A stretch of DNA of 59,103 nt, filler included. It is 8 parts of 8 records of this genome, joined end to end, with 100 filler letters (N's around TTAATTAATTAA, not from the genome) between each part and the next. Parts side by side here need not be neighbours in the genome. Positions count along the whole stretch, not along the records: positions 19,978 to 25,463 come from SRR31147125_29043; positions 25,564 to 32,465 come from SRR31147125_29053; 6 more parts are not named here. One strand, 5' to 3'. The stretch's first letter is position 1. The number at the start of each line of letters is the position of its first letter. A program made the translations under genes and the position numbers. Under the pieces are notes generated by a model. That model was not told the origin of the DNA, searched no databases, and saw nothing but the letters and a program-made list of their open reading frames with translations. Shown here in pieces: positions 21,554-32,565 of this stretch.

Positions 21554-21849
21554 CAGGAAATATTTTAAAAAATTATAGCAGAATAAAAAACTAATATAAT
21601 AGGCTAGGAAAGAACAATAATTTAACGGTATTATGAATTTTACAAACGAGTTGTTAATTATAACGTTGTATATATTAACCGTAATTTTAGTAAAATAATT
21701 ATTTTCAGAAAATAGTTTAAAAATTTATATGGGAATAAATATTTCGCATATAAAACGGTAATTTTTAAGAAAGGAGGATAAATCCATATTTTTATCTACG
21801 GACAAGTAAAAGGACAAAAAAATAATTTGGTAAAAGGAGAAAAAAACAA

Positions 21850-22878
21850 ATGAAAAAATTTAAAGAAGTTGTTACAGTATTATTAGTAGTTGTATTATGT
21901 TTGGTGTCTATGATTGGATGTCAAAAATTAGACGCTGACAATAGCGAAGAGAAAGCAGAAGAGAGCCAACAAATTAGCACAGATGGAGTAAAGGGTAAAA
22001 AGATAGGTTTCATACAGCTTACACTCGGAACAACATATCATGCCGCAATGAGTGACAAATTTGAAGCACTTTGTGAAGAAAATGATGTGGAATTAAGCAT
22101 GGTAGCAAGTGCTAACAGAACAGCTGAAGAGCAGTTGAAATTGGCTGAGGATTTAATTGCAAATGGTGTTGATGCATTGGTATTAAATCCGGTAGGTGAT
22201 GAAATCATTCCTAAGATAGTTCAATTGACGGAAGCTGCAGGCATCCCCCTAATTTGTGTTGATAATACATCACCTTATGAAGGCTATACCTATATCGGTA
22301 TTGACAATTTTGCAATTGCTCGTGGCATAGGTCAGTATATTGGCAAAAATTATGACGGCGGAAAAATGGTTTATGTTCGCAGCACAGCTACAGATACAGG
22401 TTGTCCTGCTTATCGTTATGGTGGCATCATGGGGGGGATTTCTGACGAAGGCGAAGTTGCAGGATTTGAAATGATAGATGAACGTTATGCAATGAGTGAT
22501 GTTGGTGAAGCTGACGGAATGCAACAGATGGAAGAACTGCTTGCTGCTAACGATCAAATTGATATCGTTATTGCACATCATGACGGACAGGGACTTGGCG
22601 CGTTGACAGCTATCGAGAATTCAGGGCGTACAGATATAAAAGTGTTGGCAGGATTTGATGGCGAGCTTAAATTACTTGAAGCAATTAAAGAAAACGAAGG
22701 CGGCAAAAATGGTATAGACATAGTCACAGGACTTAATAGCCCAACAATGATTTCTGAAATGACAATGGATGCTTTGTCTGAGTACTTCTTAGGCAATGAA
22801 ATTGCAAATTCTTATTTCATTCCGGTAATCATAGTTTCATATGACAATGTTGACGAGTATATGGAGTACGGTTTTTAA
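21850..22878 (+). CDS. Sugar ABC transporter substrate-binding lipoprotein (RbsB/Peripla_BP_4 type)
   Basis: Lipobox MIGC, 'EQLKLAEDLIANGVDALVLNP', GIPLICVD, AGFDG; AAGGAG RBS. Confidence 0.9.
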   Translation: MKKFKEVVTVLLVVVLCLVSMIGCQKLDADNSEEKAEESQQISTDGVKGKKIGFIQLTLGTTYHAAMSDKFEALCEENDVELSMVASANRTAEEQLKLAEDLIANGVDALVLNPVGDEIIPKIVQLTEAAGIPLICVDNTSPYEGYTYIGIDNFAIARGIGQYIGKNYDGGKMVYVRSTATDTGCPAYRYGGIMGGISDEGEVAGFEMIDERYAMSDVGEADGMQQMEELLAANDQIDIVIAHHDGQGLGALTAIENSGRTDIKVLAGFDGELKLLEAIKENEGGKNGIDIVTGLNSPTMISEMTMDALSEYFLGNEIANSYFIPVIIVSYDNVDEYMEYGF

Positions 22879-22901
22879 ACTATAGCAAAAATGTAGTATG
22901 T

Positions 22902-22925
22902 CGGGATGCTGACATCAGCATCCCG
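22902..22925 (+). other. Intergenic stem-loop after the binding-protein gene (probable mRNA stabiliser or partial terminator)
   Basis: Perfect inverted repeat CGGGATGCTGA-CA-TCAGCATCCCG with no T-tail. Confidence 0.65.
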
Positions 22926-22957
22926 GTAAATTAGACTTATATGGGAGACAATTTTTT

Positions 22958-23923
22958 ATGAAGACAAGGAATAATGATATAAGTAATAAATCTTTTAGTT
23001 GGATTAAATATGACCGTTATTTTATACTGCTGGGATTTTTGATTATATCAGCTTTTTTAAGTGATAAGTTTTTAACTGCAAGGAATGTTACTAATCTGCT
23101 AAACCAGAATGCAGCAGTCGGTATCGTCGCTATAGGACAGTTGTTAGTCATATTAACCGGCGGAATTGACTTATCTGTTGGTGCAGTTACGTCAATGAGC
23201 GGTCTGATTGTATCGGTTTTGCTGAGAGACGGTATGAGCTGGCCTTTAGCAGCTCTTATTACAGTGGCTTTGGGTTTTGCTGCAGGCACCATAAACGGTT
23301 TCTTTGTAACACGTGCTAAGCTACCATCCTTCGTTGTTACGCTTGCAACGATGAGTATTTATCAGGGAATTGGTTTGTTGCTTTGTAAGGGAAGAGAGGT
23401 ATTTTACGAAAACGAATCCTTTTTAAGCATAGGTAATGTCGGGTTTCTTATGATACCTTTAGTAGCAGTTATATGGCTTGTAATAGCGATATTCTTTAAC
23501 GTTTTATTGAAAAGAACGGTTGTAGGTCGTTATATACATGGGATTGGCGGAAACAGAGAATCGGTAAGGCTGAGCGGTGTTAATGTTAAGCGTTTTGAAA
23601 GCTTGACATATTCATTAAGCGGTGTTTTGAGCGCTGTCGGGGGCATATTGATGGCATCGCGTTTGACGCTCGGTTCAAACTCTGTAGGATCCGGATGGGA
23701 ATTGACAGCTATAGCTGCGGTTATGGTCGGTGGAGGAAGCTCAACAGGAGGTATCGGTACAGTCGGCGGCGTTATGGTTGGTGCAATAATAATGGGTCTG
23801 ATTGGAAACATAATGAACTTGTGCAGTGTAAGTATATATTGGCAGCAGATAATTAAAGGAGCCATTATCATAATTGCCGTATACAGCAGTAGTTTGAGGG
23901 AAAAGAAAGGGGCAGGTAAATGA
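22958..23923 (+). CDS. Sugar ABC transporter permease (RbsC type)
   Basis: ILTGGIDLSVG, PSFVVTLAT, GGNRESVRLSG, WELTAIAAVMVGG. Confidence 0.93.
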   Translation: MKTRNNDISNKSFSWIKYDRYFILLGFLIISAFLSDKFLTARNVTNLLNQNAAVGIVAIGQLLVILTGGIDLSVGAVTSMSGLIVSVLLRDGMSWPLAALITVALGFAAGTINGFFVTRAKLPSFVVTLATMSIYQGIGLLLCKGREVFYENESFLSIGNVGFLMIPLVAVIWLVIAIFFNVLLKRTVVGRYIHGIGGNRESVRLSGVNVKRFESLTYSLSGVLSAVGGILMASRLTLGSNSVGSGWELTAIAAVMVGGGSSTGGIGTVGGVMVGAIIMGLIGNIMNLCSVSIYWQQIIKGAIIIIAVYSSSLREKKGAGK

Positions 23924-25407
23924 AACCTTTGTTATCGTTACATAATATCCACAAACACTTTGCTGCTGTGCATGCGCTAAAAGGTGTGGATTTGGAAATT
24001 AATGAGGGAGAAATACTTGCTGTTGTCGGAGAAAACGGTGCTGGCAAAAGTACATTGATAAGAATTCTTTGCGGTATTATAAATCAGGATGAAGGGGATA
24101 TATTCTTTGGTGATGTAAAACGGAAAAATCTAGATCCTAATAAGTCGCAGAATCTTGGAATAAAAGCAGTTCAGCAGCATTTTAGCCTAATCCCTACAAT
24201 GTCTGTTGCGGAAAATTTATTTTATAATGATTTTTCAGCTAATAAATTTGGTCTGATTGATTGGAAAAGCATATCAAAAAAAGCTCAGGACTATCTGGAT
24301 TCGATTGGATACGGTACTATAGATGCAAATGCAATGATGCAGGATTTGAGCGTTGCGGACTGCCAAAGGATAGAGGTAGCTAAGGCAATAAGAGGCAATT
24401 CAAAACTTTTGATTTTGGATGAACCATCTGCCGTTTTGCCAGAAACAGATGTTGAAAAACTATTTGATATTCTTAGAGCATTAAAAGAAAAAGGTGTTGC
24501 GATTATATACATATCACATCATTTAGATGAAGTATTTGAGATTGCGGATAAGATAGTTGTTCTCAAAGACGGAGAACTTGTAGGAGTTGTTGATGATCCG
24601 ACAGCAATTGATGGTTTTGGCTTGATAAAAATGATGGTTGGCAGAGACATTCATGATATTTATCCCAAGATTAAACAGTATAAAAAGAATGTTGTTTTCA
24701 GTGCTGATAATCTTACAACCAACCATGTTAAAAATATATCTTTTGAACTGCATGAAGGCGAAATTTTAGGTATTGCGGGACTAGTCGGTTCAGGCAGGAC
24801 GGAGCTTTTAAGAGCGTTGTTCGGGATGGATCGAATCATTAAAGGTGAGATTAGAATAAATGGAGAGCCGTATAATCCCGCTACTCCGAAAGATGCAATA
24901 AATAACGGACTTGGCTTTGTTACCGAGGACAGGCATTTTGATGGACTTATACTCGGAGAGACTGTAGCGAACAATGTAAGCTATGTAGGTTCTAAGAAGA
25001 TAGTTAAAAATGGATTATTGAATAAAAAACTCAACGGATCAGTTGCGAAAAAATATGTTGATGAGCTCAATATATCGACACCGTCTATTATGCAGAAAGT
25101 GTATTGTCTTTCAGGCGGCAATCAGCAGAAAGTAGTTTTGGCAAAATGGCTGTTTATAGAGCCGAAAATTATACTTTTGGATGAAGCAACAAGAGGTATA
25201 GATGTAGGCGCAAAACGAGAGATATATAATTTAATTAACCAGCTTGCAGGCAATGGTATTTCCATTATCATGGTTTCTTCTGAATTGCAGGAAGTAATTC
25301 AGTTGAGCAATAGGGTTATGGTTATGCGGGAAGGCAGCATCGTTGGCGAATTTGCGCATGATGCTGCAACAGAAGAAAATATTATTGCTAAAGCATCAGG
25401 GTTATAA
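23920..25407 (+). CDS. Sugar ABC transporter ATP-binding protein (RbsA type, two ABC domains)
   Basis: GENGAGKST, LILDEP, GLVGSGRTE, LSGGNQQKVV. Confidence 0.95.
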   Translation: MKPLLSLHNIHKHFAAVHALKGVDLEINEGEILAVVGENGAGKSTLIRILCGIINQDEGDIFFGDVKRKNLDPNKSQNLGIKAVQQHFSLIPTMSVAENLFYNDFSANKFGLIDWKSISKKAQDYLDSIGYGTIDANAMMQDLSVADCQRIEVAKAIRGNSKLLILDEPSAVLPETDVEKLFDILRALKEKGVAIIYISHHLDEVFEIADKIVVLKDGELVGVVDDPTAIDGFGLIKMMVGRDIHDIYPKIKQYKKNVVFSADNLTTNHVKNISFELHEGEILGIAGLVGSGRTELLRALFGMDRIIKGEIRINGEPYNPATPKDAINNGLGFVTEDRHFDGLILGETVANNVSYVGSKKIVKNGLLNKKLNGSVAKKYVDELNISTPSIMQKVYCLSGGNQQKVVLAKWLFIEPKIILLDEATRGIDVGAKREIYNLINQLAGNGISIIMVSSELQEVIQLSNRVMVMREGSIVGEFAHDAATEENIIAKASGL

Positions 25408-25419
25408 AGGAGGACGATT

Positions 25420-25463
25420 ATGAAATTAAATGAGACGATAGAAAACAATGTAAATACAAATTC
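25420..25463 (+). CDS. Start of the next operon gene (truncated)
   Basis: AAGGAGG RBS then ATG, MKLNETIENNVNTN, to the contig end. Confidence 0.6.
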
Positions 25464-25563
25464 NNNNNNNNNNNNNNNNNNNNNNNNNNNNNNNNNNNNN
25501 NNNNNNNTTAATTAATTAANNNNNNNNNNNNNNNNNNNNNNNNNNNNNNNNNNNNNNNNNNNN
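25464..25563. other. Artificial contig spacer
   Basis: N-run with linker. Confidence 0.98.
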
Positions 25564-25858
25564 CCCCAAGAAAAAACCATAATGCGGTACCAATACTATT
25601 TGTCAACAACACACCAGCATCAAATTTTCCATTGCGCAATTTCCTCAAAGTCTTAATGTAGTCATTTGCCCTCGCATTTTTTGCCGGTGCAATAATGATT
25701 CGATCTACATCCGGACTGGCAACAAATGCTCCTGCAACATTTTGACGACAAGCTGCAGTAATCTCAGCATCAGGAAATTTCTTTCTCAGCTCAGCAAAGA
25801 CGGGGAGCGCCATAATACAGTCACCGAGCCAATTAGGCGTACGTACAACTATCTTCAT
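25564..25858 (-). CDS. waaF: LPS heptosyltransferase II (GT9), 3' truncated
   Basis: MKIVVRTPNWLGDCIMALP...FDAGVLLTNS. Confidence 0.85.
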
Positions 25859-28800
25859 TACTCTTTTTCCCTTTGTATAATATCCCTTAATTTTACTGGC
25901 ATTTCCTTGATCATCAATCTACCTTCTTCTACAGGCTGCAGAACACCTTCACTCAAAACTCCAACCCCATAATTATAATCCAGTTTCATAATTTCAACTC
26001 CCTGTCCGGCAGCATTTTTAATTTCTGCCAGAAACTCATTATAAATGCCTGCATTATCCGGTGCAATCTGTTGATTTGGTATCAATATAGACATACTGAC
26101 TTTGAGCCTTCTTTTATCTACAGTATAATCAAGAATAAAAAATCCAAAACTTGAATTAATCACCCTGTCTTCAGGCACATTGCTAAAAGCATATCCCTCT
26201 GGAATAATATATTCTTTACTAATAACATTTTTAATATCCATTCGAATATCGATCGGATGTTTCCGTGGTTCTTTCACCAGCAAACCACTGACAAACTGAT
26301 CCTCATCAAAAAGATCAAGATATAATCCCGCTCCTTTACTACTGCAGTATTTATAAATTTTTCCTTTACATTTTATTTGAAGAGCACCAGACTGTTCCCC
26401 AGTATGCCTTTCAATATCACTCAACTCAGGATAGGTATACTCAACATTGGTAATACGAGGGAATAGTTGTGAAGAAATCTGTGCCAGATATTGTCGCAAA
26501 TTTTCTGAATTATAAAATACCTGCCTTGTTCTTGCTGCAGATTCTCCATAAAATTCAACACCACCTTCTACCATTGCACTTCCATCAGCAGCTATATTTA
26601 TTTTTTCATCCAGCACATTCATGCCTTCAAGCAAGTTTTGATATACAACCCCCAGACGCTGACCGTACTGCGAACGCTCAAGTACCATTGCTCCCAGGCT
26701 AAACTTTCCGATATTATTCATCGAACTATTACGCATATCATTACTTACCTGTACCCAGATATCCGGCTTATTATTATCATTCTCAATCCGCAGCAACATT
26801 GGCCAGCTAAACTCTGCAGCACTTTCGACTCTTTCCTGCGAATTAAGCGCTCCAGCTACAGAAAAACCGACATTACATAATGCCGGATATGCTTTTATCC
26901 CTGCAACATCAAGCATTGCCTGCATAAGCAGAACCTTTGCTTTTATACTCCCACTTTTCAGAGCAAAAGCACCCCGTGCACTATTTATATTATTATCAGG
27001 TTTTATATTTTCTGCTATCCATTTATATATTGCCTCAACCTTACCACTAATATCATGCAATCCTTTGAACAGCTCTACTGCAGTGCCCCTGATTTTATCA
27101 TTACTTAAAACCGGGATGCTACCAGATACCAGATCAGGCATCTGCAATTCAGATGAATATATTTTCACAGCCACATTCGGCAGCACGCTCAGATCTTCCG
27201 GCATATAATTCTCAGGTTCAACCCCCATCATCTCAGCACTATTCCAGACCAGAGTAACCTTCCCGTCTGCAACAGTAATATCGGGTTCCGGACTCTTCCC
27301 GCTCTGCACAATAGATACCCTACCCAGCATCTTCTCAGGCAATATCAAGACATAACGAGACCTTATAACAGGATTATCAAAATCAGCAAAGATAAAACTA
27401 TCCTCAAAGACCCTCTTCTTGCCATCAGTACTGCGGATACTGTAATCAAGGACAGAATCAATACCTACCTTATACATACTTATTGCTTTATCAAGCGCCA
27501 GATTCTCTGCAGACTCCGGAATATAAATTTTCCCGTCAGGATTTACAGTTCTACAACTTAAGACTTCCCCACCGCCTACATTAAGCTCCGCAAGATCACT
27601 TACACCCTGATGATCAAAGACTTTGAATGCATTATGTTTATACATTATACTACTTAAATCATCATAGACCTCCTGCACTTTCACTCGCAATACATTTGCA
27701 TAACTTACGCGTTCATATTTATCTTTTTTTATCTCTGCTGTATCTATCTTCTCAAGCGCAATATCATAATCTTTCAAATCAAAACCGTGCTTACTATCTG
27801 CTGCAATACGCTTCTTCAATATGAGCAGTGAAGGAGCATACTCAATGCTATTCTCAACAGCTTTCTCCATCCAATCGATACTCTCTTTTTTCCTGCCAAG
27901 ACGCATACTGTTTACACCGAGAGCCTTTTGAATACCTGGAAAGTATGGGTTTTTATCTAACTTAGCAAGTAGATACTTTTCCACTTCCTCGTACTTCCCC
28001 TGCTTATAATTCAAATCTATCATTTCTGATAAATACTTATTTCCCTCTAAAGGATATTCTTTATACCACTCTTGCAGAATAATTTCTGCTTCAGCAAACT
28101 TCTGTAGTTTTACATAAATTCTATAAAGATCAAACTTTTTCAGTACATTTTGCTCAGCCTGCAACTCTAATAAATCCTGAACTTTTTCATACTCCTCAAT
28201 ACCCATATAATATGCAATTACTTTATTTAACTTCTCTGGTAAATATTGATAGTATTGCTGAATATTTTTTTCGGCCAGATCATACCAGCCTTTTGCTGCA
28301 TAGCTGTCAGCCAGCATTTTATAGACAAATGGCAGATGTGGATTACCTTGCACAACTTCTTTAAGAATTTTTAATACCAGATTACTCTGCTTGGTTGCCA
28401 CAAGAAGTCTAGCCAGAATAAATTCTGCGAGTTTATAATCACTTTTAATAAGCAAACATTTTCTGATATAATTCTCACACTCAATCCGTATTCTTTCTTT
28501 ACTCTCAAAAATATTGAAATAATTCTGATAAAATTCACCAGCAGTAAATAAAACAAACGCACTAGAAGGATATGTAGTAGTAAATTCATCTATTAATAAT
28601 AAAGCATTTTTATAGTCACGTGTATAATTATAATAAAAAACTTTCCATACAGTTGCTGCTGCAGAGTTATCGTTCTGCAACTTTTTAATAAACTCAGGTA
28701 TGTATTTTTCAGAAAATATCCTACCGCTAAATTTATTTAACTGCAAATTTTCCCAATCTGCTGTGTCATAAGGCAGAACTTTACACCCAGTCAATTTACC

Positions 28801-29715
28801 ACCGGTAACATGATTACGCAAACCCAAATAGAGAGTATCATTTCTTTCAGCTTTTATTAAAATAAGGTTTTTACCTTTATTAAGGTTGATCAGTCTGCTT
28901 CCGCGTGCCGCAATATATCCATCACGATATAAATCCGCAGAACTTACCAGATAACCATTTACCCATATATTACAGATATAATTGGATACCAGATCCAATA
29001 CCGCCTGCTGACCGACAGCAGACTCAAGAGTAAGATAGATATACCCCACACCTTTCTTACTATCACTCGCTAAGATATTACTTAAATCAATACTGCCGTG
29101 CGGGCTCACAGGAAGATCTCGATACTCTGGATAATCAACCGCTAAAAGGTCATCCTCCAAAGCTGTTTTCAATCCAGTTCCATACTTTATCGGTAGATAT
29201 ACTGGTGCCACAATTCTTGAGACCTCAGTAATCCTTGATGATTTTGCTAACTCAGCTGCAGCATTCTTGTAATCACTTTTATTTAATAGCTCACGGTTAT
29301 GTATAATTGCAATTACTGTCGAAGTATAATTGTCAACTTTATCTCTATCCTGCTCTGCGAGTTTATTGAGCAATTCATAATAATCAGCCAGTTTCCCAAC
29401 CCTCTCAGCTTCATAACCGAGGCGAATCAGAAATAATGCCTGCAAAGAGTTTCCGATTGCACTTTCTGTCATACTCTTTAACGTACTATAAGCCTCCTCA
29501 AACTGATTGAGCATCAGCTGAGCCTGATAAACCCCTTCAGCCTCCCCCAACTCTGCATACAAGTCTCCAGTATTAGGGGTATGCGGTAATTCAACTGCTT
29601 CTGCCGGCTTATTATCAAGCAGCAGACTCCAGCTCTTGCTCTCTTCCTGAGCGGCTGCTGTAAAAGAAAACAGAAATAGAGCTATTAGTATCATGCTTAT
29701 TGAGCGCATATTCAA
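25858..29715 (-). CDS. Large secreted TPR + DUF3857/transglutaminase-like/DUF3858-type protein
   Basis: Signal peptide, long helical TPR-like middle, 'SCRTVNPDGK...VGIDSVLDYS', 'KVEAIYKWIAENI...GSIKAKVLLMQAML', and C-terminal 'IIPEGY...SSFGFF...Y.EF..EI'. Confidence 0.7.
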   Translation of the reverse strand: MNMRSISMILIALFLFSFTAAAQEESKSWSLLLDNKPAEAVELPHTPNTGDLYAELGEAEGVYQAQLMLNQFEEAYSTLKSMTESAIGNSLQALFLIRLGYEAERVGKLADYYELLNKLAEQDRDKVDNYTSTVIAIIHNRELLNKSDYKNAAAELAKSSRITEVSRIVAPVYLPIKYGTGLKTALEDDLLAVDYPEYRDLPVSPHGSIDLSNILASDSKKGVGYIYLTLESAVGQQAVLDLVSNYICNIWVNGYLVSSADLYRDGYIAARGSRLINLNKGKNLILIKAERNDTLYLGLRNHVTGGKLTGCKVLPYDTADWENLQLNKFSGRIFSEKYIPEFIKKLQNDNSAAATVWKVFYYNYTRDYKNALLLIDEFTTTYPSSAFVLFTAGEFYQNYFNIFESKERIRIECENYIRKCLLIKSDYKLAEFILARLLVATKQSNLVLKILKEVVQGNPHLPFVYKMLADSYAAKGWYDLAEKNIQQYYQYLPEKLNKVIAYYMGIEEYEKVQDLLELQAEQNVLKKFDLYRIYVKLQKFAEAEIILQEWYKEYPLEGNKYLSEMIDLNYKQGKYEEVEKYLLAKLDKNPYFPGIQKALGVNSMRLGRKKESIDWMEKAVENSIEYAPSLLILKKRIAADSKHGFDLKDYDIALEKIDTAEIKKDKYERVSYANVLRVKVQEVYDDLSSIMYKHNAFKVFDHQGVSDLAELNVGGGEVLSCRTVNPDGKIYIPESAENLALDKAISMYKVGIDSVLDYSIRSTDGKKRVFEDSFIFADFDNPVIRSRYVLILPEKMLGRVSIVQSGKSPEPDITVADGKVTLVWNSAEMMGVEPENYMPEDLSVLPNVAVKIYSSELQMPDLVSGSIPVLSNDKIRGTAVELFKGLHDISGKVEAIYKWIAENIKPDNNINSARGAFALKSGSIKAKVLLMQAMLDVAGIKAYPALCNVGFSVAGALNSQERVESAAEFSWPMLLRIENDNNKPDIWVQVSNDMRNSSMNNIGKFSLGAMVLERSQYGQRLGVVYQNLLEGMNVLDEKINIAADGSAMVEGGVEFYGESAARTRQVFYNSENLRQYLAQISSQLFPRITNVEYTYPELSDIERHTGEQSGALQIKCKGKIYKYCSSKGAGLYLDLFDEDQFVSGLLVKEPRKHPIDIRMDIKNVISKEYIIPEGYAFSNVPEDRVINSSFGFFILDYTVDKRRLKVSMSILIPNQQIAPDNAGIYNEFLAEIKNAAGQGVEIMKLDYNYGVGVLSEGVLQPVEEGRLMIKEMPVKLRDIIQREKE

Positions 29716-29741
29716 TCCTGTATTAATACTCGATAGTATAT

Positions 29742-29781
29742 AAAAAAGTGGAACATATAAATTATAATATATGCTCCACTT
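29742..29781 (-). terminator. Rho-independent terminator after pheT
   Basis: Minus strand AAGTGGAGCATATA...TATATGTTCCACTTTTTT. Confidence 0.75.
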
Positions 29782-29795
29782 GTTATTAATATTAT

Positions 29796-31781
29796 TTAAC
29801 GAAGTTTCGCACCTTCAATACTGCTTGTCAGATGATCAAGTAATTTCTGACAATCTGCATTCGCCTCTTCATCAGTAAGAGATCTTTCAGAGTCACGATA
29901 TACAAATGAGAAAGCTACACTCTTCTGCCCTGCATCCAATCCTTTACCACGATAAACACTTTCCAGTTTGAGTTCTTCTGGAATACCGATTTCCGCAATC
30001 GCATCTTCAATATCCAACCAGCGAATTTTCTCAGGCACTACTAGAGCTATATCACGTCTGATCCCAGGGAATTTCGGTAAGTCCAGATAAATTTTGTCAC
30101 TACGATTAAGCTCAACAATCTTTTCAAAATCAATTTCCAGCATTGCAGGCGCTTCATTCAGGTCATGTCTTTTAACTAGCTCTTTACTGATTTTACCAGC
30201 ATAACCGATCTTTGTATTATTGAGGTATATCGCTACAGACTCACCTGCAGCAAAGAATTCATCATGATCTTCAACAACAATACTCAACTCATGAGCATTC
30301 TCAATCCTCATTGCCTTAACAACCTCTGCCAGAGCTCCACGTGTATACTCAACTCCACGTTTATCAAGAATAGTCAATACATACTTTTCTGTACGTGGAT
30401 TCTCTGTATAAATGCGATTTATTTCAAAAAGCTGCAACTCATCCTCTGATCTATTTACTTTATTTACTTCAAGCAGGGATGGAATAATACTAAGACGCAT
30501 TACTGGCCTACCACTATCAATCGGATTGACAATCTTCGGTGCTTTATCTTCCAGCTGCCATTTTTCCGGCACAAACGGATCTGTCACACATTCATGATAA
30601 CCAATCCCTGCAAGCGCCTTTCTGGCAATCTTCTCACCACTCACCATAATAGATTCATGACTTCTTTCAACCAGCATAGTAATCTTATCTGGAATCTTAT
30701 CATAGCCAACCAGACGAGCGACCTCTTCAATCAAGTCAATCTCACGCATCAGGTCGCGCCTGAATGTCGGCACAAGAACTTTGATTTCTTCATCTGTATC
30801 AGCAATTATTTCCAAACCAAGCCCATTGAATACCTGCCTGATCTGGTCTTTAGTAAACTCATACCCAAGAATCTTATGACAGCGGCTAAAACGCATACCA
30901 ACCTCTACAGAACCACCAGCATTATCAAAAGTATCAATAATACCCTGAGCCAACTCACCTCCAGCAAGTTCAAGAATCAGCTGACATGCTCTCGCACTCG
31001 CTTTCTCAACTGCACCGATATCAATACCACGTTCAAAACGATAAGAACTATCACTGAATAATTTAAGAGCCCTGCTGGTACGACGTACCTGAGTAGGTTC
31101 AAAATATGCAGATTCAATCAACACATCAGTAGTTGTCTCAGAAACCTCAGTAGCAGCCCCACCCATTACACCAGCAATAGCCACAGGATCATTACTGTCT
31201 GCAATCACCAGCATTGAACTGTCAATTTTGCATTCATTACCATCAATCGAATTGAGTGTTTCACCTTTGATACCTTTACGCACAACAATCTTACCATCCT
31301 TGAGCAAGTTGAAATCAAAAGCATGCAACGGTTGATTCATCTCGTATAATACGTAATTGGTTATATCAACAATATTATTAATCGGTCTAAGCCCTACAGC
31401 AATGATTTTGTCCTTAAGCCAGTCAGGAGACTCTTTAACAGTCACACCTCTAATCAGACGAGCAGTATAACGTGGACACCAATCAGCAGCTTCAACTTTT
31501 ACTTCTGCCACACCGTTGATATTATCACCTGTATCACTAATTTTAATTTCAGGGAATTTGACTTCCTTACCTGTAATTGCAGATAACTCACGAGCCACCC
31601 CAAAATGACAGAGCCAGTCAGGTCTATTGCTGGTAATCTCTGCTACAAGCTGAGTATCACCATTATCAAATTCATTTATCTCTTCAACAGCACAACCTAC
31701 AGCCGTCAGCTCTCTAGCCATTTCATCTACGCTGAACCCGCTCTCAATCAATTCATTAATCCATTTATATGAAACGTTCAT
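29796..31781 (-). CDS. pheT: Phenylalanyl-tRNA synthetase beta subunit (short form lacking the B2 OB-fold)
   Basis: EITSNRPD, INNIVDITNYV, QPLHAFD, SYRFERGID, REIDLIEEVAR, and a C-terminal FDX-ACB domain. Confidence 0.95.
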   Translation of the reverse strand: MNVSYKWINELIESGFSVDEMARELTAVGCAVEEINEFDNGDTQLVAEITSNRPDWLCHFGVARELSAITGKEVKFPEIKISDTGDNINGVAEVKVEAADWCPRYTARLIRGVTVKESPDWLKDKIIAVGLRPINNIVDITNYVLYEMNQPLHAFDFNLLKDGKIVVRKGIKGETLNSIDGNECKIDSSMLVIADSNDPVAIAGVMGGAATEVSETTTDVLIESAYFEPTQVRRTSRALKLFSDSSYRFERGIDIGAVEKASARACQLILELAGGELAQGIIDTFDNAGGSVEVGMRFSRCHKILGYEFTKDQIRQVFNGLGLEIIADTDEEIKVLVPTFRRDLMREIDLIEEVARLVGYDKIPDKITMLVERSHESIMVSGEKIARKALAGIGYHECVTDPFVPEKWQLEDKAPKIVNPIDSGRPVMRLSIIPSLLEVNKVNRSEDELQLFEINRIYTENPRTEKYVLTILDKRGVEYTRGALAEVVKAMRIENAHELSIVVEDHDEFFAAGESVAIYLNNTKIGYAGKISKELVKRHDLNEAPAMLEIDFEKIVELNRSDKIYLDLPKFPGIRRDIALVVPEKIRWLDIEDAIAEIGIPEELKLESVYRGKGLDAGQKSVAFSFVYRDSERSLTDEEANADCQKLLDHLTSSIEGAKLR

Positions 31782-31838
31782 TATTAACTCCGTAAAATTT
31801 CTATTTGATTTATAAAGCTGTAATATTCCTGCTAATTA

Positions 31839-32465
31839 CTAAAACTGTCTCAAGAAACGCAGATCACACTCAAGGAATCTACGAATATCCCGCACACCCA
31901 TAGTCAGCATTGTTACACGCTCAATCCCGATACCAAAAGCAAATCCAGTATACTTTTCAGGATCATAACCAACAGTCTTAAATACATTTGGATCCACCAT
32001 ACCGCAACCAAGCACTTCAATCCAGCCTGCACCCTTACACACCCTACACCCCTCACCTTTACAAAAAATACAAGTAACATCGACTTCTGCACTTGGTTCT
32101 GTAAATGGAAAGAAGCTTGGACGCAGACGTATCTGAGTCTCCTCACCAAACATTTCTTTGGCAAACATCTTGAGCATAGCTTTCAAATCAGCAAATGTGA
32201 TATTAGTATCAACAGCCAATCCTTCAAGCTGATGGAAGGCATAGTGGTGTGTCGCGTCTACAGTGTCAGGCCTATATACTCTACCCGGTGCTATGATCCT
32301 GACAGGAGGATTCTTATCTCTCATTGTTCTGATCTGCACACATGAGGTCTGTGAACGCAGTAACCCACCAGCATCTAATCCAAAAGTCTCTGCATCATCA
32401 CGAGCAGGGTGATCTTCTGGAATATTAAGAGCCTCAAAGTTATGAAAGTCATCTTCAATTTCAGG
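31839..32465 (-). CDS. pheS: Phenylalanyl-tRNA synthetase alpha subunit (5' truncated)
   Basis: The frame is open to the contig edge ([15 protein letters not shown]); [32 protein letters not shown]. Confidence 0.96.
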   Translation of the reverse strand, partial: PEIEDDFHNFEALNIPEDHPARDDAETFGLDAGGLLRSQTSCVQIRTMRDKNPPVRIIAPGRVYRPDTVDATHHYAFHQLEGLAVDTNITFADLKAMLKMFAKEMFGEETQIRLRPSFFPFTEPSAEVDVTCIFCKGEGCRVCKGAGWIEVLGCGMVDPNVFKTVGYDPEKYTGFAFGIGIERVTMLTMGVRDIRRFLECDLRFLRQF

Positions 32466-32565
32466 NNNNNNNNNNNNNNNNNNNNNNNNNNNNNNNNNNN
32501 NNNNNNNNNTTAATTAATTAANNNNNNNNNNNNNNNNNNNNNNNNNNNNNNNNNNNNNNNNNNNN
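32466..32565. other. Artificial contig spacer
   Basis: N-run with linker. Confidence 0.98.
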
